The notes under the pieces were generated by a model. That model did no database searches and was not told the origin of the DNA. It saw nothing but the letters and a program-made list of their open reading frames with translations. A program made the position numbers and the translations under genes. 50,860 bases of DNA from a bacterium (GTDB lineage: Bacteria > DUMJ01), in contig JBMFMV010000006.1 in the NCBI GenBank assembly GCA_049970495.1, positions 1-50,860 on the forward strand, written 5' to 3'. Below, piece by piece: positions 41,327 through 50,860 of this stretch; positions within the stretch are counted from its first letter, which is position 1; each line of letters opens with the position of its first letter.

Positions 41327-41433
41327 TAGATAGAAGTGTAGATTGCTTGAGTTACCTCAAGCGATGTAGGGAAAGGTTAACTCTGTGTTACTAAGAGTTG
41401 TTTTTAAACTGAATAGAAGTAGGAGAGTGGACT

Positions 41434-43975
<2,542 letters not shown>

Positions 43976-43979
43976 AAAA

Positions 43980-44891
43980 ATGAGTGAAATAGTTAAGAAT
44001 CGCTCAGAAATTTTATTCTTGTATGATGCCACGAATATTAATCCTAATGGAGATCCCCTAGATGAGAATAAGCCACGTATAGACGAAGAAACTGGCATCA
44101 ATATTGTTACCGATGTTAGACTAAAGAGGACTGTTAGGGATTATCTCTTTGATTACAAAGGTAAAGAGGTGTTCATAAGAGAGATAAGGGAAGACGATGG
44201 AAATCTGAGAACCAAAGAGAAAAGGTTAGAAGAGTTTAAAGATAACAATGAACTTATCGAGAAATGTATAGATGTGAGACTTTTTGGAGCTACTACCGCG
44301 GTAAAAGATAAAACAATGACTTTAACTGGTCCTGTCCAATTTAAATACGGCCACTCACTTCATAGAGTCGATATGGCCTATATAAAAGGAACTACTGTAA
44401 TGCCATCTGCTCAAGATAGAAGACAAGGAACTTTTACTGAAAAATATATACTCCCCTATTCTCTTATCGTCTTCTATGGTATTGTAAATGAAAACGCAGT
44501 GAAATCCCAGAATATACCTCTAACAGAAGAAGATGTAGAGTTGTTATTGGAAGCTATCTGGAATGGAACTAAGAATCTTATCTCTACATCTAAGGTTGGA
44601 CAGATGCCTAGATTACTTTTGCAAGTGATTCATAAAGAAGAGAACTACCATATAGGAGAGCTAGACAAAAGAATAAGGTTTATCTCTGATAAAAACGATG
44701 AAAAGATAAGAGATATAACTGATGGGGTACTTGATATAACCGAATTAGCAAAGATTTTAGACATGAATAAAGATAGCATTCTTAAAATAAGATACAAGAT
44801 AGACGACAGGGTTCAATTGTCACTTAATGGTCAAAAGGTTTCTCTCCAAGGAGCCCTTACTGGAGTTACACTAGAAGAGCTTCCTTTTTAG
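43980..44891 (+). CDS. cas7: Type I-B Cas7 (Csh2)
   Basis: NPNGDP..ENKPR.D, TDVRLKRTVRD, DVRLFG, TGPVQF, SKVGQMPRLL. Confidence 0.94.
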   Translation: MSEIVKNRSEILFLYDATNINPNGDPLDENKPRIDEETGINIVTDVRLKRTVRDYLFDYKGKEVFIREIREDDGNLRTKEKRLEEFKDNNELIEKCIDVRLFGATTAVKDKTMTLTGPVQFKYGHSLHRVDMAYIKGTTVMPSAQDRRQGTFTEKYILPYSLIVFYGIVNENAVKSQNIPLTEEDVELLLEAIWNGTKNLISTSKVGQMPRLLLQVIHKEENYHIGELDKRIRFISDKNDEKIRDITDGVLDITELAKILDMNKDSILKIRYKIDDRVQLSLNGQKVSLQGALTGVTLEELPF

Positions 44892-44900
44892 GAGGCAAAG

Positions 44901-45614
44901 ATGAAGATCTTAATATTTGATATATGGGGAGATTTTGCTCACTTTAAAAGATTCTATACCACATCTTCTCTGCTAACGTTCTCCTTTCCTCCCCCTCCTA
45001 CTGTAAAAGGTATATTAGGGGCTATCATAGGATGCGATAAAAATGATTATCTAAGAGTATTCTCTAGGGACAAATGCGCTATAGCAATACAAATCCTAAA
45101 GCCAATAAAGAAAGTACGACTTGGATTAAACTATATAAACACCAAAGGAAATTTCTGGCGTCCAACAAAGAAGGGAACTCATGAAGCAAGAACTCAAATA
45201 CCTAGTGAATTTGTAAAGGATCCTGCCTATAGGATTTATGTCTCACATAGGGAAGATGAGATCTTTGATAGGCTAGCAAAAAATATAAAATCTCATAAGA
45301 CTTTCTTTACTGTCTCCCTAGGCTTAAGCGAACTTCTTGCAGACTTTAGTTATTTTGGGACCTTAGAGTTTAGGAAAAGGGAAGAAGGAGAAGTAGAAGT
45401 CTCATCTATTATACCAACCTCTATTCTTATAGAAGGATTAAAACTTAAAGAGGGTAATAGGTATTTTAAAGAGAGAATCCCGGTAGATATGGATCAAGAC
45501 CGGATAGTACTAAAGTACGAAGATATTCTCTACGAATCTCAGGGTAATAAGATAATAGCAAAAGTAAAGGATATCTGGGAAGGGGAAGATGGAACCTGTA
45601 TCTATCTCTTCTAG
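44901..45614 (+). CDS. cas5: Type I-B Cas5
   Basis: FDIWGDFAHFK..YT..S..TF..PP...GILGAIIG. Confidence 0.93.
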   Translation: MKILIFDIWGDFAHFKRFYTTSSLLTFSFPPPPTVKGILGAIIGCDKNDYLRVFSRDKCAIAIQILKPIKKVRLGLNYINTKGNFWRPTKKGTHEARTQIPSEFVKDPAYRIYVSHREDEIFDRLAKNIKSHKTFFTVSLGLSELLADFSYFGTLEFRKREEGEVEVSSIIPTSILIEGLKLKEGNRYFKERIPVDMDQDRIVLKYEDILYESQGNKIIAKVKDIWEGEDGTCIYLF

Positions 45615-47967
45615 ACTATACTCCCACCCTGATAAACCCTTAGAAATACACCTAATAAACGTTGCTAACTTGGCAATTAAGAATCTAGAGGAAATTCCTT
45701 TAAAAGATTTGCATTTATTTAAAAAGGATGAGATAAAAAGATTAGTCAAAGTCTGTAGTCTGTGCCATGATTTAGGTAAGGCTACTGGATATTTTCAGGA
45801 ATATCTCTTCTCCGATGAGGCAAAACAGAGTAAACTTAAGTGTATGAAAGAGACCCATCATTCACTCCTTTCTTCTGTAGCTTCTTTCCTTGTTACATTA
45901 GACGAATTTAAAGAGAATGGAAGTTTAAGTGAAGAACAAAAATTACTCCTTGCATTTATAGCCTTTTTCTCTATAAAAAGACACCATGGAGACCTAAAGG
46001 ATATTACATCAGAATCTATCCTAGACAATGATGATGAAGATCTTCTCTATAAACAGATAGATAGTATCAATAGTGAGAAGTTTTCTACCCTTATAGAGAT
46101 CTTACAAAGGAATGGATTTACGCTAAATCTGAATAAAGAGAGGCTAAGAGATAGCGTCTCCTATACAAAAGAGCATCTTAAGATTCTTAGGAGGAAATTT
46201 AGAAAACTAGAACAAGAGAAAAATATAGAGATGTATTTATTATCTAACCTGGTATTTTCTCTTCTTATTGATGCGGATAAAAATGATGTAGGCATTAAAA
46301 GTATACTAGAGCGAAGAAAACTAGAGCTTCCTTACCTTATAGTAGATAGGTATAAATCAACCAAAGAATATAAGGATATATACATAAATCAGTTGCGAGA
46401 AGAAGCTTACAGAGAGGTAATCAATACTAATATAGACCTAAACCAGAAGATATACTCTCTAAATCTTCCTACTGGGCTTGGCAAGACGTTTACATCTCTA
46501 GCTTTTGCTTTAAAGCTTAGGGATAAGATTTATAGAGAAAATGGGTATATACCTCGTATTATATACTCTCTTCCATTCTTAAGCATAATAGACCAGAACG
46601 CAAAGGAGATAGAGAATATCCTTAAAACTAGCGATATCCCCTTAGATACAGACATACTAATAAAGCACCATCACCTATCAGACATCTACTATAAGACAAA
46701 GGATAACGAGTTTGAGCCAGAAGAGGCAAGATTACTCATCGAGGGATGGAACTCAGAAATCATAGTTACAACATTTGTTCAACTCTTTCATACCCTTATT
46801 TCAAATAGAAATAGACTCCTACTTAGATTTCATCGGTTAGCTGGGAGTATTATTATTCTAGATGAGGTACAATCAATTCCATTTAAATACTGGCTCTTAC
46901 TGAGAGAGTTATTTATAGCCCTTACTAAGAACCTAAACGTCTACATAATATTTGTTACTGCAACCCAACCATTGATTATCCCAAGGGAAAAGATGTACTC
47001 ATTAGTAGATGTAGAAAAATACTTTAGACAGATGGACAGAGTAGTATTAAAGATTCAACTAGACAAAAAGATAACCCTAGAAGAATTTATAGAAAATATA
47101 GAACTTCAGGATAATAAAAGCTATCTATTTGTACTAAATACGATAACTTCTGCGAGAAGATTTTACTATCTTCTAAAGGAGAAAACTAATGAAGAGATTA
47201 TCTATATGTCATCACATCTAACACCCTATGATAGGCTAAAACGCATAGAAATGATAAAAAAGAAAAAGGCTAGATTAGCTGTTACTACTCAGCTTGTTGA
47301 GGCTGGTGTTGATATTGACTTTGACGTAGTATATAGAGATATGGCTCCATTAGATTCGGTAATTCAGGCGGTGGGAAGATGCAATAGAAATTGGGGTGAA
47401 AAAGGAGAGACGATAGTTGTATATCTAAAGGATGACAAAAGATCCTATGCCTCTTATATATACGATCCTCTACTCCTAGATATAACAGCTAGAATCTTAT
47501 CCCAAAGAGAAACAGTAGAAGAAAGAGAATTTTTGGATATAGTTAACTCATACTATCTGGAAGTTCAAAAGAAGAAGTCTACCGATATATCTAATGAGTT
47601 TATTAGTGCAATCTATAGACTAAAATACAATAGTACTGATGAAACAAAAGGGATTGAGAATTTTAAGTTGATAGATGAAGATTATCAAAAATTTGAAGTA
47701 TTTATAGAATTAAATGATGATGCAGAAAATATATGGAAGAGATTTTCTGAAATCAAGGAGATTAAAGACCTTATAGAACGCAGGATCGAGTTTAGTAAGA
47801 TAAAGGCAGATTTCTATAAATATGTAATATCCGTCCCTATAAAAAATGTAGAAAACATACTGCCAATAATCAATGGTTTTGGTTATGTAAGTAAAAATTC
47901 TCTTTCTGAATATTATGACAAGATAACAGGCTTTAAGCCTAAAGGAGACACGGTACTACTATGGTAG
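45589..47967 (+). CDS. cas3: Cas3 HD nuclease-SF2 helicase
   Basis: H..HDLGK...HH HD domain, PTGLGKT, DEVQ, TAT, TQLVEAGVDID, QAVGRCNR. Confidence 0.96.
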   Translation: MEPVSISSRLYSHPDKPLEIHLINVANLAIKNLEEIPLKDLHLFKKDEIKRLVKVCSLCHDLGKATGYFQEYLFSDEAKQSKLKCMKETHHSLLSSVASFLVTLDEFKENGSLSEEQKLLLAFIAFFSIKRHHGDLKDITSESILDNDDEDLLYKQIDSINSEKFSTLIEILQRNGFTLNLNKERLRDSVSYTKEHLKILRRKFRKLEQEKNIEMYLLSNLVFSLLIDADKNDVGIKSILERRKLELPYLIVDRYKSTKEYKDIYINQLREEAYREVINTNIDLNQKIYSLNLPTGLGKTFTSLAFALKLRDKIYRENGYIPRIIYSLPFLSIIDQNAKEIENILKTSDIPLDTDILIKHHHLSDIYYKTKDNEFEPEEARLLIEGWNSEIIVTTFVQLFHTLISNRNRLLLRFHRLAGSIIILDEVQSIPFKYWLLLRELFIALTKNLNVYIIFVTATQPLIIPREKMYSLVDVEKYFRQMDRVVLKIQLDKKITLEEFIENIELQDNKSYLFVLNTITSARRFYYLLKEKTNEEIIYMSSHLTPYDRLKRIEMIKKKKARLAVTTQLVEAGVDIDFDVVYRDMAPLDSVIQAVGRCNRNWGEKGETIVVYLKDDKRSYASYIYDPLLLDITARILSQRETVEEREFLDIVNSYYLEVQKKKSTDISNEFISAIYRLKYNSTDETKGIENFKLIDEDYQKFEVFIELNDDAENIWKRFSEIKEIKDLIERRIEFSKIKADFYKYVISVPIKNVENILPIINGFGYVSKNSLSEYYDKITGFKPKGDTVLLW

Positions 47968-48458
47968 TACAGATTACTGGTACTATAATACAGAGCTATT
48001 CTATCTGCCTTAGACAGACCTGGCTTATGTCTAGGCAAATTATCCCTGACCAGGACCATCCATTCATAGAGATAGGCAGACTAATTGATAATGAAAGTTA
48101 TGATAGGGATAGAAAGAAGATAGAGCTTGAAGATATGGTGATAGACCTTATAAAAGTGAAGGACGAAAGTCTATTGGTGGGAGAGATAAAGAAAACTTCA
48201 AAGGCTGAAGAAAGCGCAAAGCTTCAACTTGCCTTTTATCTGTATAGACTAAAAGAGATTGGAGTTATAGCAAAAGGAGTCCTCTTATTTCCTAAAGAGA
48301 GAAAAAGGATTCCCATGGAATTGGACGCTGAATTAGAAGAAAAACTTAAAAAGATGTTTAGAGATATTGAAGCTATTATTCAGAATCCTCTTCCCCCTCC
48401 AGCTAAGAGGATTAAATATTGCACTAACTGTGCGTATAGGGAGTTTTGCTGGTCATGA
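47961..48458 (+). CDS. cas4: Cas4 RecB-like nuclease
   Basis: C.RQ.W, ID...EIKK, QL..Y, C..CAY..FC Fe-S cysteines. Confidence 0.95.
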   Translation: MVVQITGTIIQSYSICLRQTWLMSRQIIPDQDHPFIEIGRLIDNESYDRDRKKIELEDMVIDLIKVKDESLLVGEIKKTSKAEESAKLQLAFYLYRLKEIGVIAKGVLLFPKERKRIPMELDAELEEKLKKMFRDIEAIIQNPLPPPAKRIKYCTNCAYREFCWS

Positions 48459-49450
48459 GTGAAAGTATTTATATCTTCTCTAATGGTGAGATAAAGAGAA
48501 AGCAGAATACCATATACTTTGAGAATGAGAAGGGGGATTACAAATATATACCGATAGAAAATACAAGAGACATACACCTATTTGGAGAGGTTACTCTAAA
48601 TAAAGAGATTCTAGAATTCTTCACACAAAATGAAGTAATTTTACACTTCTATAACTACTATGGATATTACGTTGGAAGCTACTATCCAAGAGAACACTAT
48701 AACTCTGGATATATGATTCTTAAACAGGCAGAACATTATCTAGATGCAGAAAAGAGACTCAACTTGGCAACCAGATTCGTTTTTGGCGCTATATTAAACA
48801 TAAGAAAGGTATTAAACTACTATCTAAATAGAGGGGTGGAACTATCTTCTTATATAGATAAGATTGAAGAATTAGCTGAGCTATTAGATAAGCAAGAAGA
48901 TATAGAGAGCTTAATGGCTATAGAGGGTAATATAAGAGAGGTGTACTATTCCTCTTTTGATTTAATCATAAATAGCGAAGAATTTTCTATGGATAAGAGG
49001 ACTAAAAGACCGCCTGAAAATAGACTGAATGCTCTGATTAGTTTTGGTAACTCATTACTATATACTTATATCTTATCTGAAATCTACAAGACTCATTTAG
49101 ACCCACGGATAGGATTCTTGCATACTACTAATTTTCGAAGATTCTCTTTAAATCTAGATATAGCGGAAGTATTTAAGCCTATTATAGTAGATAGAGTAAT
49201 CTTTTATATACTTAACAAGAATATGATAAACCCAGATGATTTTGAGGAGAAACTTAGAGGTATTTATCTTAAAGAATCAGGGAGGAAGATCTTTATAGAA
49301 AAACTAGAAGAAAAATTAAAGACTACGGTGAACTACAAGAAGATAGGAAGAGAAGTATCATATAGGAGATTAATCAGACTCGAATTATACAAGCTAGAAA
49401 AACATCTTATAGGTGACGAAGAATATGAACCTTTAGTTTCTGAATGGTAA
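48455..49450 (+). CDS. cas1: Type I-B Cas1
   Basis: YIFSNG, YYVGSYYP, IEG, RPP.N..NALISFGN, GFLH, DIAEVFKP. Confidence 0.96.
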   Translation: MSESIYIFSNGEIKRKQNTIYFENEKGDYKYIPIENTRDIHLFGEVTLNKEILEFFTQNEVILHFYNYYGYYVGSYYPREHYNSGYMILKQAEHYLDAEKRLNLATRFVFGAILNIRKVLNYYLNRGVELSSYIDKIEELAELLDKQEDIESLMAIEGNIREVYYSSFDLIINSEEFSMDKRTKRPPENRLNALISFGNSLLYTYILSEIYKTHLDPRIGFLHTTNFRRFSLNLDIAEVFKPIIVDRVIFYILNKNMINPDDFEEKLRGIYLKESGRKIFIEKLEEKLKTTVNYKKIGREVSYRRLIRLELYKLEKHLIGDEEYEPLVSEW

Positions 49451-49469
49451 CTGGCATAATTTATAACAA

Positions 49470-49733
49470 ATGTATCTCATTATGGTATATGATATTAATG
49501 AGGAGAGGGTTAATAAGGTTTTAAAGATTGGCAGAAAATATCTAGAGTGGGTTCAGAACTCTGTCTTAGAAGGAGAAATAACTGAAGCAAAATTTGAAAA
49601 ACTAAAGATGGAACTTATGAATACAATCAATCCAGAAGAAGATTCGGTAATCTTTTATATTATGAGAACTACGAAGTATACTATGAGGGAGATAATGGGG
49701 GTAAGTAAAGGAGGATTTCAAAGGTTTATATAA
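49470..49733 (+). CDS. cas2: Cas2
   Basis: MYLIMVYDI...KYL.WVQNSV.EG, DSVIFY. Confidence 0.95.
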   Translation: MYLIMVYDINEERVNKVLKIGRKYLEWVQNSVLEGEITEAKFEKLKMELMNTINPEEDSVIFYIMRTTKYTMREIMGVSKGGFQRFI

Positions 49734-49785
49734 TATATAGAGGATCAGATTCTTGAATCGCTAGTTGCCTTGTAAGTGAATTAGA

Positions 49786-49836
49786 GTTTACTAGAAAAAT
49801 AAAAGGATTTATTAATTTACCAACCGAAATTGCAAC
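49786..49836 (+). repeat. Diverged direct repeat, copy 1 (partner at 50812-50860)
   Basis: GTTTACTAGAA identical in both copies; TTACCAACCGAAATTGCAAC vs TTACCAATCAAAACTGTAAT (15/20 identical, all differences transitions). Confidence 0.6.
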
Positions 49837-49841
49837 CTTCA

Positions 49842-50663
49842 CTAAAGTTTATTTGCTAAATTCACTAAGAGGTTATAGGTAAACCAGCCATCATCGGTCA
49901 AGAAAAACTCAGGTTTGGAATTGGCTGAATCTCTGTGTATCCCTATACCATCTGAATATGGGGTAAAAGAAACAATCTTGTTATATGGTATTCTAAAAGA
50001 TTTTAACTTTCCCCCAAAGTATATATTTTCATTAGTGATACAAAGGATTCCTTGATCAATCAATGTAAGTTTTGATTCTTCAATGGGATATCCTTTAAAT
50101 CCTCCAACTCTATAATATACACCCTTCATAACACGAATACTAACACCTTGAGAACTACCTGTATAGTGTCTATATGTTCGGGTCTGATAGTAATTTACAT
50201 TACTAAATATCCAGATAACTGTCTCGCCTTTTAAGAGATTGAAAGGAAAAGGCCCATCTATCTTTACCCTGTTAGGGATTTTTCCCTCTAAGATATCTCT
50301 TAAAATAAGAGTTTTTACTAACTTCAGATATGAAGGCTTAGAACTTAACTCCTCGATACTAAAGCCAAACTTAAATAAGATATCTTTAAGCCTATTCTCC
50401 TCATCTTCTGTTATTACTTTATCCATCAAAGCATTGTCTAATGCCTTTTCCCAAGCATTAAGGATTATATCCTTTAGCTCAGTCTCATTAATAAAACTAT
50501 CATTAGCAATCTTTAATATCTCATCTTTTTCTACATTGCTTGTTAAAGAAAAGGCAATCATAGAGGTTACTAAAAATACCCCTTGATTATGCTTTTCTTT
50601 ACATTCCTTGTGCTCTTTCCTTAAAAAGCCAGCAGGCTTTCCACAAAACTTACATATACCCAT
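49842..50663 (-). CDS. Hypothetical protein: N-terminal CxxC...HxxC motif, helical middle, PH/GRAM-like C-terminal region
   Basis: 273-aa ORF, GGGGAG RBS, TATAAT upstream; MGICKFCGK...HKEC; G.L.ITN..IYF.G..KS.RIPY.KI..F pattern. Confidence 0.75.
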   Translation of the reverse strand: MGICKFCGKPAGFLRKEHKECKEKHNQGVFLVTSMIAFSLTSNVEKDEILKIANDSFINETELKDIILNAWEKALDNALMDKVITEDEENRLKDILFKFGFSIEELSSKPSYLKLVKTLILRDILEGKIPNRVKIDGPFPFNLLKGETVIWIFSNVNYYQTRTYRHYTGSSQGVSIRVMKGVYYRVGGFKGYPIEESKLTLIDQGILCITNENIYFGGKLKSFRIPYNKIVSFTPYSDGIGIHRDSANSKPEFFLTDDGWFTYNLLVNLANKL

Positions 50664-50811
50664 AGAGATCTCCCCTTTTAAGATTTTACTTTCCCTTAAA
50701 CTATATTATACTACAGTGTCATATGGTGCCCCCTTATAATTTATTAGAATTACTGACTGTTGCAGAAATAATCAATTAAGGTATTATTTGTTAGGATAGG
50801 TAAAGATGCCT

Positions 50812-50860
50812 GTTTACTAGAAGGATTAGGTTTAGTCATCTTACCAATCAAAACTGTAAT
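50812..50860 (+). repeat. Diverged direct repeat, copy 2 (runs to window end)
   Basis: See copy 1 at 49786-49836. Confidence 0.6.

Noticed and set aside
49837..49850. Sequence after the repeat-like 30-mer as a self-targeting spacer against the cas promoter
   Set aside because: Only about 5 nt (CTTCA) match the promoter region, which is not significant.
50723..50733. TGGTGCCCCC, reverse complement of a tRNA-like 3' end (GGGGGCACCA), as an att-site remnant
   Set aside because: Only 10 nt, with no T-arm upstream and no integrase nearby.

Overview
AT-rich bacterial chromosomal segment. An OGG2-type glycosylase, a TtuA-like thiolase and rubrerythrin suggest a thermophilic anaerobe, but taxonomy cannot be established from sequence alone. 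It holds four housekeeping blocks: (i) + strand ileS-dksA-like-lspA-lgt-rluA family-amj-gatCAB-TIGR03492-like-rlmD-dnaE-nadB-nadC-malic enzyme; (ii) - strand tdk-DUF1385-prfA-prmC-tsaC-rpiB-glyA-NAGPA-like-GAF; (iii) nucleoside salvage punA-pdp plus a short tRNA nucleotidyltransferase; (iv) peptidoglycan recycling namZ-MurNAc/GlcNAc kinase-murQ. There is also a decaying ABC-2 exporter operon, a rubrerythrin/rubredoxin pair, and a complete type I-B cas operon (cas6-cas8b-cas7-cas5-cas3-cas4-cas1-cas2) with an internal Cas11 start but no CRISPR array in the window. The most notable non-coding signals are a periodic DnaA-box cluster between the divergent tdk and punA operons, a two-hairpin element flanked by 8-bp direct repeats in the cas6 leader, and two diverged ~50-bp direct repeats bracketing an orphan gene where the CRISPR array would be expected. 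No rRNA, tRNA or intact transposase was seen.
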